Shown here one piece after another: positions 12,098 through 24,855 of a stretch of 64,000 nt of DNA. Location of the stretch: assembly GCA_965603825.1 (NCBI GenBank), contig CBFDEM010000003.1:511709-575708 (forward strand). The letters are read 5' to 3'. The DNA is from Blepharisma stoltei ATCC 30299. Lineage: Eukaryota; Protista; Ciliophora. A program made the translations under genes and the position numbers. The notes under the pieces were generated by a model, which did no database searches, had not been told where the DNA came from, and saw only the letters and a list, made by a program, of their open reading frames with translations. The stretch's first letter is position 1. The number at the start of each line of letters is the position of its first letter.

Positions 12098-13441
12098 TTA
12101 AGCCTTTTTAGAAATATTTAAGTATTGAAATTAAATCCATTATTCAATAATAAAGGTTTTAAGTATTTAAATCTATGAAAATTTTTAATTTTAAGGAAAA
12201 ATAAAATAATGTTATGGCATTATGTAACTTTTTAAGACTGCATATAAATAACTATATTTTTGCTCTTAACTTGAATAGAAATAATTTCAACTATCCTATC
12301 ACTATTTCAATACACTTAAGGATGAACTAATTTTGTATGAGTAAAATTAAAATTATTAAACTTATTGAAAATATTTGTAGAATTAAAACCAAAAAGTTTA
12401 AATGGCAATTTTGTATACGGCAAGACATGTCCTCAGCAAGCAGCACTAAGCTTTCCAAAACAGACTCCTGCTCCACAGCAACCAAATCAAGCAATTCATG
12501 AATCCCGCACCTTTTCTCAGTCTTTGCTCTTTCAAGTGGACACAATTCACCGCTGCAATGCGAACAAAATATTTTTGTTTAGTCACTAATGGGAGTAAGT
12601 GAAATTTAAGAGAAAAAATTTAAATGCATGAAATTTCGTTATATTCGGATAGATTTGTGAAGTGAATTGAATTGAAGAGAGACATGAAGAAAGGTTCATA
12701 GAAATAGACAACAGATTTAAACGCTTATATATGGAGTAATGAAGGTGAGAGAGGATAATGCTGAGACTCAGCGTTGCAGAAGTTAATAATAATATAAATA
12801 TTGTTGAATTGATGAAGAGTTGACAAGAGTAATTTCTTACTATAGGCATGCTATTATGATTAAAATGAGAGTCATTGCAAGGTATTAAAATAGTTAATTT
12901 TAACTTAATCACATAGCAATTGGTAGAATCTTTAATTATCTTTCCAAAATTCTTTTACACATAATTTATTGAAAATAAAAGTCTTTATTGTTGATATAAT
13001 ACCTAAGTTTAAAATAACTTTAAATAGGAATTATTTTATTATATCGATTTAATTATAGCACACAACTTATATTTCTAAGACTTATATTCTCATTAGGCAA
13101 ATTTTATTTTTCTTAACTTGACTTCCAAAAAATATTTTTTGCTAAGCAGTTATAATATATCAAGCCACCCCAGCATAAGAAATATTAATAAAAATACAAA
13201 AATTCCACATAGCTTTCTGAATTATTTTTCCAAAAAATAAAATTTTTTATTTGAAAAGATTGTCACTGATCTATTAAGCCAGCCTGAATTTTTTCAAGGT
13301 CATCCAAATTTAAACTTCTAAACCTTCAAAGACAATTTTTAACGGGTTTTGCTAAATATCCTTTTACATAAATCTAACTGTGGAAATAATTTTTTGCTTC
13401 CATTTTCTCTTATGCTTATTGTTGATAAAATTAAATTCAAA

Positions 13442-15472
13442 ATGAATTATCTCTACCTCCTCTTATTTACAATTGCCAGCTCTGAGCCTGTTTTAAATGA
13501 GTGCCAAACTGAGTGGGCAAAAATTATTGAATCAGGAAAAGATATACTTTCTTCAAATCGTTCAGATTATACCAAAATGTTCATGTATTCAGGATTCACC
13601 CTCAATAATCTCGGTCAGTATGACTCCTGCAATGAACTATCCCACGCAAAGTATGTTATTATGCTATTATCAGGGCAGCCTCCTTTACTAATAGCATTAT
13701 GTGGGCCTAAGGTCTGCAATGAAACTGATTACCAAAATATTTTCCCCAAATTTTTATCTAATGATTTTGATGGAGGAATAGTACCTTCTTCCTTAAAATT
13801 GCCACTAGAAGCTGCAAGCCAAGGGCCATTTATTATGTTTTCTAAAGAATTTGCAGATAAGCACTTTGATAGTTATAACGCTGGGGCTATTCTTATGATT
13901 ATTTTTACTTCAATAATAATAGGAATAATTATTATAGCTACAGGTTATGAGTACTGGATCACAGAGAAAGCGTCGCTTACCAAGCAAATTGAAAAAGACT
14001 CAAAGCCTCAGCAGCTATCAAATGCAGAAAAATATTTATTATGCTTTTCGTTAATTACAAATTTGCAGAAGCTGTTTTTAAGTAGAAGTCAAGAAAAGTT
14101 TGGGAAAAAAGACACGTTGGAGGTGCTAAATGCAATGAGAGTTTTGTCGATAGGATGGGTTATACTAGGCCATACAATTGTTAATGCTATCACAATTTCG
14201 GTTTTAGCAAATCCCAATAAACTTTTAGACTTTATTAAAACAGAAAGCATGGTTATCCCTCTCACAGGAACTTTTTCAGTCGACACATTCTTTTGGATTT
14301 CTGGATTCCTCGTCAGCTACTTATTAATAATTGAACTGAACAACTCCAAAAAAGTGAATTGGATCATGGTTTATGTCCACAGATATTTAAGAATCGTCCC
14401 ACTGTATTTATTTATCATTTTATTTTCTTGGGCACTCCAAAAGCATATGGGCAGTGGGCCAATGTGGTGGAACGAATACTGGTATAACAATGACTGCAAA
14501 AAATGGTGGTGGACTAATATTTTATTCGTCAACAATTTAGTGCCTGATTGAAAAGGCAGCAATTGTTTAGGCCAGTCCTGGTATTTAGCTGATGATATGC
14601 AGTTTTTTATTATAACTCCTCCAATTTTGTATTTATACCATAAATTCAATAGATATATTGGGTGGGCAATTTTGACATTTTTAATTGGGTTTTCTATCAT
14701 TATTTCAGGGGTAGTTGCCCATCATTTTACTTTAAATGCTGTTGGGTTTTCATCAGAATCGTGGACGAATTATAATAATTATTACTATATAAAGCCGTAT
14801 TGCCGTGTAGGGGTATATGCGCTTGGGATTATTACTGGAATTGTTGTGTATTCGTATCGCCAGTATCAAAAAGATCAAAAAGTTTATGACCCATTAGGTT
14901 TATGGATTGGGAAAAAGTTGGAAAATAAAATTATTAGATACATTGTTGGGTTTTTGGGACTTGCACTTATCAATATTATCATATGGGTAGAATATGACAC
15001 TACGAAAAACCCAGGATCTGCAATGGAATTTCCTAATTGGACTGATGAAGAAAACCAAACTTTTATAGCTTTTAATAGGTTTGTGTATGGCCTTGGGTTA
15101 ACCTTGATTCTTCTTCCTACACTTTTAGGTCACTTTACATGGATTATATGGATAATGTCATTAGAAATCTGGACTCCATTAGCAAGATTAACGTTCTGTT
15201 GTTACTTGGTGCAGTCTAATGTTATTGATATGATTTATCATGCCCAAACTTCTGCAGTTTACTTAGACAATTTCTTGATCTTCAAAGATGCGACATGAAA
15301 TTTCATGTTCAGCTTTTTAATTGCTTGGCCTTTTGTCCTTATGATCGAAATGCCTGCACTAGCACTCGAAAAATTAATGTTTTCCTCAGTAAGAGCAAAA
15401 CAACCGCCTATTCAAGATGAAGAGAAAAGTAGGTCTCTTTTGGTCATGAATGGGAAGAAATCGGAAGAATAA
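13442..15472 (+). CDS. NRF-6/OACYL-like acyltransferase-3 protein, tandem paralog (676 aa)
   Basis: Colinear with 10064..12097. LVPD(TGA)KGSNCLGQSWY aligns to FIPDWKGSGCLGQGWY. Ends TAA 15470-15472. Confidence 0.92.
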
Positions 15473-15523
15473 AGGTAAAAGAGTATCTTTAATAAACGAT
15501 TCTTAATAACCTCTTTTTATATA

Positions 15524-16255
15524 ATGGAAAATAGTCATTATTTATATCAATCTGAGAGTCAAAAAATAAAAAAAGTGGTTATTTCAGAATCAGAATCAAT
15601 TTCTCCTTACTGCGAATCCCCAATTTCTCCAAACAAGTCTTCATCAGATCTTATGCTTCTCAATGATTTGAAATATATGATAGAATTAATACAAACGACA
15701 CTTTCGCGTTCAAGTGTAATTTTTCAGCCGCCTCATTTACGGTCAAATGATATTAGAGCTACTTTAAATTCTTTGAAATACCTTACAGAAACACTTTGTG
15801 ATGAGTTTCTTGTTTTAATTAAACGGCCACTTAAGGAATCATCTGAAGTTACAAGTCCAACTATCGCTTCGATTCCAAAAAATGATGAACTTTTATTTTA
15901 TACAGAAAAGTTAAGAATTTTCCCAAATTCCCAAGATTTGATACAAAAAATCGCCAAATCTCCTCACGAAGTTTTATTATCACAACAAGACTGCGAAGAT
16001 CTTACCAAAATTTTACTCACCTCAATCCGGAATTTTAAAGAGATTTCATATAAAGACAAATACAAAGAAATGGCCGAAAAAGCTATAATATACGGTAAAC
16101 TTCTATCAGACCTCCGAAAACAAGTAAGGCTTAAAGAAGAACACATAGAAATCCTTGAAGAAAACATCAGAAAAAGTACTTATTATACAGATTGCAATAA
16201 TATTGCTAATATCGTCGACTACGCCAAGCACCGTCAAAATTTAATAAATTTTTAA
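15524..16255 (+). CDS. Hypothetical protein with C-terminal coiled coil (243 aa)
   Basis: Uninterrupted ATG..TAA ORF after AT-rich leader; C-terminal heptads (LLSDLRKQVRLKEEHIEILEENI). Confidence 0.7.
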   Translation: MENSHYLYQSESQKIKKVVISESESISPYCESPISPNKSSSDLMLLNDLKYMIELIQTTLSRSSVIFQPPHLRSNDIRATLNSLKYLTETLCDEFLVLIKRPLKESSEVTSPTIASIPKNDELLFYTEKLRIFPNSQDLIQKIAKSPHEVLLSQQDCEDLTKILLTSIRNFKEISYKDKYKEMAEKAIIYGKLLSDLRKQVRLKEEHIEILEENIRKSTYYTDCNNIANIVDYAKHRQNLINF

Positions 16256-16269
16256 AAATGTAAATATTT

Positions 16270-17259
16270 TTATAAGTTAGCTAAACTGCTTAAAAGCGGA
16301 TTTTGGCTTCTGCTGGATGGACACACATTTATTTTTGGGACTTCACAGTTCAGGAATTCTGAACAAATCACATCAATTCTTTCTAAGATCATTGGGGACA
16401 AAATGGAATTCTGATGAGAATCTATGCTTGAGGTGCTGGTCGCCGGGGTAATTGAAGGGGTCTCAAAATCGTAGTTAGGTATTCAGCTGGCATCTGAAAA
16501 AGTCAGCTTTTTATTTTTGGGGTAATTTATTGAAGTCGCTAATGTTGTATCTTCTGCGTCTCGAGAAAAATCTCTGGAAATTGCACTATCACGAGGATCT
16601 GACATGTAAGGAGGAGCCATTTGTAAAATGTCATCGACATAAAAGTTGTAGTCGACCAGGCTTTCATCTTGTGGAGCTGTGAGTTTTTTATAAATACAAT
16701 TCAGCTCTCGATCTGTAACCTCCAGGCAGTTTCTGTTTCTTTGGGTTCACTGCATATAATTGTTGTAAAAATTGCTCATCTTCGACGACAAGTACTTTAA
16801 ATAAGGAGTGACATCTGAATTTGTGTAGCTTTTCGCTGATAATGCTGAATAATACAAGACGTAGTCCAGCTTGGCTGTGTTGTCAGTTCATACGCATTTG
16901 TCGAGAAAAATTGCCCAAACTGATATTTCGACCTCATTTAACGCTAATACTTGACAAGCGTCAAGAATCAGACGAAACAGAGTTTGGGATCTAAATTCGC
17001 ATGGAATTTTTGGATTTTGAATTATCCTTCTCAAAAGCAAAGAACTTAGCTGGGATGGGCCGTTTTGGAGAAAGTCTGAGTGGAGACTTTCATAATCTTC
17101 AAGCTGGTCTTTACTTTCTTTCGGAAGAGAATCGTCACCTCCCGTCAGCTCATACAGCTCATACGGCGGGAGATCATTTGTAAGCCCAATACTATTGTTG
17201 AAGAATTGCGGCTTTCTTTCGTTGCTTTTGCTTTGCTGTACACTATTTTCACTATCCAT
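16270..17259 (-). CDS. Hypothetical protein (329 aa)
   Basis: MDSENS... continues through three TGA to TAA at 16270. Core LNEVEISVWAIFL...LYYSALSAKSY...YNFYVDDILQMAPPY looks like a conserved block; no function recognised. Confidence 0.75.
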
Positions 17260-18478
17260 TAAATTTATTAAGACAATCAGTTTATTAAAAAGTTTATTAA
17301 TTATAGTCATCCATCTTAATTTCACGGAAGAAGCTGAGAGATAATTTATAAATTATGGAAATATTATAGGAAGTTAATGTGGAGAATAATCTCAATTCGA
17401 GTAGTCATTTAAAATTTAAATTTGTGAGTGGTTTCATATTAAAAAAAAATTATTAGAAAGTGGAATAATATTGAATTTATAATTTTCTTTGAGCTTGGCT
17501 GGTATATGGAGATTTAAATTTTTAGAAATTAAGACTTGAATCTAAATACTTAATATCGATCATTTTTATTGCATATCAAGCTGATATTGATTTAAATAAT
17601 TTTTTATGAAAAAAATCATCTAAAGATTTATTTGTCAAAGATACTTTTACCTCTAAATTATTGAGCTATAAATAGCTGTAAAAATCGGGATTATTTTGTA
17701 AGAAACTGCTTGGTGAAAATTTTGACATTTTTTGAAATTATCTTTGAAGAATTTAATCGAAAATTCAAGATCAGAATTGTTTATTCTAAACAGTTTTATA
17801 AGAAGTACTAATGCCATCAATGAGAATAAAACTAATATAAATTTAATAATAGCATTCCTTAAGCAAGAAAAATTATTTTGCATAAAAATTTAGGAATAAA
17901 CAGAAAAAAATACCAAATAAGTAAAAAGGATTTAAATTAGCTAAAATCAAAAAATTGAAAGCTTATTGAACGGCAAGCTAATTTAGAAGTAATTTGTTTA
18001 ATAAAAATGAGATCAGTTATGAAATTAAAAGGTCATACTTTTTCTCAAAATGAAATGATTTGAGACAGGAATCTGCATGATTATAACAGAAGTTTTTTCC
18101 TAAAGCTTCTTTAAAAAATAAAAGCAAAGAATAGAGTAATTTAGAATATAATAAACTGATTACTTCTAAAACATAAATTTTTAGCTTTATAAGAAATTTG
18201 GATCAAAGAAATGTCTTTTAATAAGTTTAACGTCTTTGGTCTCGGTTATTACAAGATATCAACCAGATTCGCATTGAAATCATAGATTTTATGAATGTTT
18301 GAAAAATAATTATAATCTTTGAATAGATTTGAAACATAAATATCTCATTTAGCCAAAATTATAAAATATCTAAAGCCTAATAAATGATTTATTGATATGA
18401 AAATTTACCTATAAGGTACAAGCTAGTATATTCTTGATATGGACTAAATAAGCACTAAAAATGTATAATCAAACATAA

Positions 18479-19363
18479 ATGGAAAAGCACAAGTTTTTCC
18501 CTGAGTTTAAAGGGTTTATATCAGGGGTCATAGGGTCATGATGCGGAGTTTGTGTAGGACAGCCTTTTGATATCATAAAAGTTAGACTTCAAAACAATGG
18601 AGGCTCAGCAGTTGGTACTCTAAAATGTCTAATTACTCATGAAGGATTTTTCACGCTATGAAAAGGCTCGCTACCACCATTAATAGGCAATGGCTTAGCA
18701 AGCTCTATATCTTTTGGTATTAATGAAAACTCTAAAAGGATAATAAGCAGCTACAATAATCCTGGAGAAGTTTTATCAATTTCCCAGCATTCACTCTGTG
18801 GGACTATTTCAGGATTTTTTCGCGCTTTTATTTCATGCCCTACAGAAAATATTCGAATCCGCATGCAAATTCAAGGAAAAATTGACCCTCGAGGAGACCC
18901 TTTATACAAAAACTCCGTAGACTGCTTTTTAACAATTTTTAAAAAATATGGGATTTTTGGGATTTATAAAGGATTTCCTATAACAATGCTGAGAGAATTA
19001 ATAGGAATTACGATGTATTTTATGGGTTATCAGTATTCAGGGAGAAAATTATTTGGTGGGGATAATGCAAATACAAATGAACTGAAGATGTGGCAGATTA
19101 TGATATGTGGAGGACTCGCGGGGTATGCTTATTGGGTTGTTTATCCTATTGATGTAGTGAAATCAAAACTTCAGTCTGATTCATATAAAAATATGAGATA
19201 TAAGTCAACTATTGAGTGTGTGAAAACAATATACAAAGATATTGGAGTAAAAGGATTTTTCAGAGGCTTTTTACCAGCGATTATAAGAGCAGCTCCTGCA
19301 AATGCAGCGATTTTGACTGGATTTGAAACTATGATGTCTATTTTTGGGAGAAATTATCGATAA
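18479..19363 (+). CDS. Mitochondrial carrier (SLC25), carnitine/amino-acid carrier-like (294 aa)
   Basis: Three PxD/ExxK/RxR/K signatures (PFDIIKVR, PTENIRIR, PIDVVKSK), L(TGA)KGSLPPL, RAAPANAA. Confidence 0.93.
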
Positions 19364-19569
19364 TTTACTCCCCCAACGCCTCTTTCCACTATTTAAAAAT
19401 GTAAAGAAAATTATATAAAATTAATCACATAAAGCAAATAACTGTCCGATTAAAATAGAGCAAGTTTTTTCCTCAAAATTAAGAAAAATATTAAAAACCG
19501 AGTAGCCCCTTTTTATAAAATAATGAATGATATGGAAACCAGTTTGTACCAATGCTTCTCAAACCTCCC

Positions 19570-20290
19570 AACTTAGAGAGAAACTCTGCAAGCCCTAGCT
19601 CAACTGCTTATGGCATAAAAGAAGTTTTGAAAATGGTTTATGGCGATCGAATTCATATAATAGGCTCCTATATTTCAAATGTAAAATCTTATTTTACATT
19701 TCAGCTATAACTCAATCACTTGAGAATGATAGATATGCTCTTAAAAAACTACTTGTTGCATTTTGGAAATCAAAAATCCTCAGCCAAGTTTCAGAATCAC
19801 AGAATCAGAGGTAAATACTCTAATCGAGTAAAAAATTAGAGAGTAATTGAGATAAGGACATGTTAGAGCAAAAAGAATTAATTAAGCTGTGATACAGCTG
19901 ATATAATATTGGTGAACAAAAAATTTACAATCCTTACTCAATAATGAATTGTATAATTAGAGGAAAAAATCAAAATAGTATCCTCTCAGGCCTTATTGAA
20001 TCTTTGCAACTGCCTTTAATCATCTGGTCCTAGCATTTAATCCCCTGCAATCTTATGATGAATTGTTTGAAATAATGAGAACTGGCTATCTTGTATTGTG
20101 AGAAGAAATTGGTAGCTATATAAATTTGTAATTAGATCTCAACAGCACAAAAAAAATTTTGCGCTATTGCTACATGCTGGATATTTAACACCATATAGCA
20201 CAACTAAAAAGGAAAAGAAAAACCTTGTGAGCATTTATATATATGTAGTTCCTAATAGATAAATCAAAAAGCATTTTAAAACTGGAATTA
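19570..20290 (+). pseudogene. Decayed AAA-ATPase-like (PF09820-type) gene remnant
   Basis: Ordered motif fragments with TAA/TAG and frameshifts: FRITESEVNTLIE*, KELIKLWYSWYNIGEQKIYNPYSIMNCI, FALLLHAGYLTP, YVVPNR*IK. Confidence 0.6.
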
Positions 20291-20365
20291 AAACTATTAT
20301 GTAAATTTTAGGAGAATTATAGATAATGTAAATATTTCAGTAATATCTAAAAATAACTAATCAAT

Positions 20366-21250
20366 ATGGAAAGATCCAAGTTTCTCCCAGAATTCAAAGG
20401 CTTTATTTCTGGGGTTGTAGGGGCTTGATGTGGAGTTTTCGTTGGTCAGCCATTTGACATTATAAAAGTTCGCTTACAAAACTCAGGCGGCTCAGCCATT
20501 TTAGCATTAAAAAATTTACTTTCTCATGAAGGATTTTTAACATTATGAAAAGGCTCACTTCCTCCTCTTATCGGTGTAGGTCTATCTAACGCAGTATCAT
20601 TTGGAACAAATGAAAACACAAAAAGAATTGTAAGTTCTTACAATAAACCAGGAGAAATTTTAAGCCTATCTCAGCATGCCTTATGTGGGACTTCTGCAGG
20701 CTTTTTTCGCGCATTTTTTTCATGCCCAGCTGAGCTTGTAAGAATTCGTATGCAAGTTCAAGGGAAAATTGACCCAAGAGGAGACCCGTTATATAAAAAT
20801 TCCATTGAATGTTTTATTTCTATAATAAAAACTTATGGCATTAAAGGGATTTATAGAGGATTTTCAGCAACTATGATAAGGGAACTTATGGGAAATACGC
20901 TGTTCTTTGGAGGGTATCAGTTTTGTGGGAGAAAAATATTTGGAGGGGAAAAGCTCAATGCGGACGAATTAGGAAAATTAAAAATTATGGCTTGTGGAGC
21001 TTTTGCTGGGTACTGCTACTGGGCACCATATTGTATTGATGTTATTAAATCAAAAATGCAGTCAGATTCATTTGCGAATCCTAGATATAAGTCTCTTTTG
21101 GACTGCCTGAAAATTACATATAAGACTGATGGATTTTCAGGATTTTTTAAAGGCTGAACACCTACGATGCTTAGAGCAGCTCCAGCCTGCGCTTCACTTT
21201 TTTTAGGCTTCGAGGCCACAATGTCTATTTTCGGGCGAAACTATCGGTAA
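20366..21250 (+). CDS. Mitochondrial carrier (SLC25), tandem paralog (294 aa)
   Basis: Same length as and colinear with 18479..19363; PFDIIKVR, PAELVRIR, CIDVIKSK; three TGA=Trp. Confidence 0.93.
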
Positions 21251-21407
21251 TTTCCTTTCTTCTTATTTAATATCAGCCTACTTTACACTATTAATATTCT
21301 TTCATAACATTTATTTTCAATTTTAAAAATTTCCATCAGAACTGCTTATACCCATTTTTCGAATTTCCTCCATTAATTTCTTGTTCATTTCACATAAAGT
21401 TAAATAA

Positions 21408-22295
21408 ATGGGTGCAACAATTAACTATTATCCTGATTATCAATCTTTTTTGTCAGGCATAGTGGCCTCTTGGACCTCGATATTCATCAGCCAGCCTCTA
21501 GATATAATCAAGGTTCGAATGCAAAATGTTGGCGGTTCTGTAATATTAACTATTTCAAGCCTCTTGAAACAAGAGGGGTTTTTTGCGTTTTGGAAAGCGG
21601 TCTCCTCGCCGCTTGTTGGTTCAACAATTACAAGCTCATTGTCGCTTGGAATTAATGAAAATATTAAAAAATACTTCAAAAACCCTTCAGACCAGACAGA
21701 GAGTTTAAAAATTTGGCAACACACGCTGTGTGGATCTATTTCTGGCGTCTCGAAAACTTTTTTTTCATGTCCATTCGAGCATGTGACTGTAAAACTTCAA
21801 GTTCAAGGAAAAATCAGTCCTAGAGGCGACCCAATATACAAAAATCCCAGAGACTGTTTTATATCAATATATAAAAAATATGGGATAGTTGGGTTGTATC
21901 GAGGATTTAGCATTTGTTTATCCAGAGATATTTTTGGATATGGAATATTCTTCGCGGCATATCAAACTGCTGGCAAAAAGCTCTTTGGTGGGGATAATAT
22001 AGACACTCACCAACTACCCCTATGGCAAATCATTATGTGTGGAGGAATTGCTGGGATTGCATATTGGATTGGGATTTTTGGACTTGACGTTATTAAATCC
22101 AAAATTCAGGCAGACTCTTTTGTAAACCCAAAATATAAAAATATAAAAGACTGTATAAAAATCACCTGGAACGAAGGTGGACTAGCTGGGCTGTCCAAAG
22201 GCTGATTTCCAGCTATTATTCGGGCTTTCCCTTCTAATGCAGCTTATATGGCTGGTTTTGAAGTGTGTATGAAAGCCCTGGGGAGAGATAAATAA
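21408..22295 (+). CDS. Mitochondrial carrier (SLC25), third paralog (295 aa)
   Basis: PLDIIKVR, PFEHVTVK, GLDVIKSK; KG(TGA)FPAIIRAFPSNAA; TAA 22293-22295. Confidence 0.92.
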
Positions 22296-22346
22296 TTAAA
22301 CTAACCCATCTCTTAACCATTTATTTTATCAAATAACGCACCATGT

Positions 22347-23012
22347 TTACAAATCAATATTTAGCACATTGTTCATTATTTTTTTCTTCTTCATATACAC
22401 TTCTACTATATCTTCGCTTTTCTTTACTTCATAGACGCTCTTTCTAGATGAACAAATTTCTATTATTTCTTCATCTTCCAAGCATACACAATCGTCCTCC
22501 ATTTCTTCTTCTAAAAATTTCTTCATATTAGCTGAAATCATTCAATTTATGTCTGGATCATGTAAATACACGTCAATTTTTTTTTTAAATTTCGGCTTAT
22601 CAATATTTATCAGCAGCTTGAGCTTTTGGAAGCCAAATTTTTCGTCCTCGGGGTCTCGTTTTGTGCTTTGTTTTATTATAAAATTTTTCAATAGAGAAAA
22701 TTTGTTTTCTTTGAAGACTGCTAATATAATATTTTTGGGGACTTTTTCTATAAGAATTCGAAGAGGCAGAAGGTCGCCGCAGCGGAATAATGATTCGTGA
22801 AGGATTGGCTTGCCTCCTTTGAGGAAAAAGTTGCCAATACTGATTTGTGAATAAACTGATAATGCTTGATAGAGCAAGGAGTAATTTTTGGTCGAAATAC
22901 AATCAAGTCAAGCAGCTCTGATTTCGTCTTTATTTGGCCTGCGCCGGATGAAGGAATTTATAAGGGATTCGTTGGATGATTTTTCAGATCGATCTCGCTT
23001 TTGGCCAAGCAT
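22347..23012 (-). CDS. Hypothetical protein (221 aa)
   Basis: MLGQKRDRSEK... joins track ORFs 22542..22877 and 22347..22541 through TGA codons in one frame. Confidence 0.7.
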
Positions 23013-23541
23013 GTGTCTTCTATTATATTATATATCTATAACTTAAAAGTTCATAGTCATTTTATAATTGCTAATCACTATAATAAGCTGAAATATTGGA
23101 TTTATCAAAGAAATCTAATTATGAGATGATTAAATTTCTTTAAGAAACACAACACTAGAACTTATATCTGCGTCTTTTGCCATCAATTCACGCCTTTTAG
23201 TCAATTCTCAGTTCATTTCTGTAAATTAAGCTCTTCTTATCCTGAATCAAATTACCTACTGATTTCTCCCTATTCAGTCTACCCACAAAAACCAACATTT
23301 TACTATAATTATTTTTTGCTTTTATTTTTGCTTTTCTGAGTTTCTAATTATTTCTTTACTAATTCCAGTATAAAGGTCCTTATATATGCTTATTATTTTA
23401 TAATTAAACCTAAAATTTTCTTAGTATCGTCTGGTAACTTTTAATAAAAAGGAGTTACGATCCGTCTCAGGTTCCGTCTCTTGTAGGTCTAAAAATCGCC
23501 TTACTCCATATCTAAATCAGCTTAATTTTAATGGAATAATA

Positions 23542-24855
23542 ATGCTTGAATTTCTAGAAGGCTACTTAACCACTACCAACATCCTACTTACACTATTCCT
23601 TGCCTTGTACATTCTTTACTACAGAACGTTCCACCACTACAGGTTCGAACAAAAAAGCGCCTTTACCAAAGGCCGCCGGTCTATGGGAAAAACCCTCCCA
23701 GCTTTTCCCAACGGATGGTTCTGTGTGGCAAGGTCTGGAGAAATCAAGAAAGGCGAAGCCAAACATATTGACATGCACGGCCAAAACATCGCAGTTTTCA
23801 GAGGAACTGATGGAATTATATACGCAATCGACGCCTATTGCTCACACATGGGCGCAAATTTGGCTGAAGGAGGCAAAGTCAAATTCGGCAAAGGACTACA
23901 GTGTCCTTTCCACGGGTGGGTTTTTGATGGAGAAACAGGGAACTGTGTATCTGGCGCTGACATGAAGCAAAGAGAAGCCGATAAGTTTACTTATAGCGAA
24001 AAAGCTACAGAAGGGCTTAAAAAGGAATGCAAAACTAAAATCGGCGTCAAAAAATGGCAAGTTAAGGAGTTTGGCGGTTTTATTTTTGTATGGTATCACT
24101 CAATAGAAGAGCTTAGAACTGCTCCGCCACCTTTTGAGCCGCTAGACATTACTCCATTCATGGAAAAACTCTCATATCGTGGGGTAAGCATAAATAAAGT
24201 CCAAAGCCACGTCCAAGATATCCCAGAAAATGGTGGCGACTTAATGCATTTTTACTATGTCCATAGTGCCTTCTTACCATTTACCGACCTCTTCAAAGCC
24301 AGATGGAGAGCCAAATGGACCAAAGGCGACGACCCAAAACTCAGAGAAATCATGAAGCACGAGGTACCATTAATCGACCAGTTCAAAACTCAGCTGATGG
24401 ATAGGTTTTTAACTGAACAAAACGCCAAATACATTGGCGTCCTTTCTTTAGACAGCTATATGATCCTCCCAGGCTGCAGCGAAATTTTCTTCTTCAACGC
24501 CACTGCGTTCCAAGTTGGCTCAGGGCTGGTCTACTTGTTCTTAAAAAGCCAATTTTTCGAAGCCGTGCTGTTCCAGCACTTGTCGCCGCTCGAGAAATAT
24601 AAGCACGAGGTCTTCCATGACATGTGGGCGAGTAGTTATTTGCCTTATTGTATAACAGCACTTATGCTGAGATTGGAAGCTCAACAGGTCATGAACGACG
24701 GAAAAGTATGGGATAATAAGCAATTTGCTATGAGCACTTATTATGATTTGAGAGAAGAACCGGATAGGATGCTGCTTAACTGGAGATCATGGTATGCGCA
24801 GTTTTATGAAGGATGCAGAGAAGCTGAGGAAGAAAAAGAAAGGTTGTCATGGTAA
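23542..24855 (+). CDS. Rieske-type cholesterol/sterol 7-desaturase (Neverland/DAF-36/Tetrahymena DES7 family)
   Basis: N-terminal TM helix, PAFPNGWF, Rieske ligands DAYCSHMGA...QCPFHGW, non-haem iron motif ENGGDLMHFYYVH, NDGKVWDNK, WRSWYAQFY. Confidence 0.93.
   Translation: MLEFLEGYLTTTNILLTLFLALYILYYRTFHHYRFEQKSAFTKGRRSMGKTLPAFPNGWFCVARSGEIKKGEAKHIDMHGQNIAVFRGTDGIIYAIDAYCSHMGANLAEGGKVKFGKGLQCPFHGWVFDGETGNCVSGADMKQREADKFTYSEKATEGLKKECKTKIGVKKWQVKEFGGFIFVWYHSIEELRTAPPPFEPLDITPFMEKLSYRGVSINKVQSHVQDIPENGGDLMHFYYVHSAFLPFTDLFKARWRAKWTKGDDPKLREIMKHEVPLIDQFKTQLMDRFLTEQNAKYIGVLSLDSYMILPGCSEIFFFNATAFQVGSGLVYLFLKSQFFEAVLFQHLSPLEKYKHEVFHDMWASSYLPYCITALMLRLEAQQVMNDGKVWDNKQFAMSTYYDLREEPDRMLLNWRSWYAQFYEGCREAEEEKERLSW

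Noticed and set aside
12327-12912. Short ORFs between the two acyltransferase genes
   Set aside because: No recognisable motif and no consistent long frame even with UGA=Trp.
17350-18470. Long AT-rich gap with ORF 17653..17883(-)
   Set aside because: Composition is intergenic; no motif, terminal repeats or coherent frame found.
23460-23481. TCCGTCTC direct repeat upstream of the sterol desaturase
   Set aside because: Could be a cis-element, but two 8-mers alone are insufficient support.
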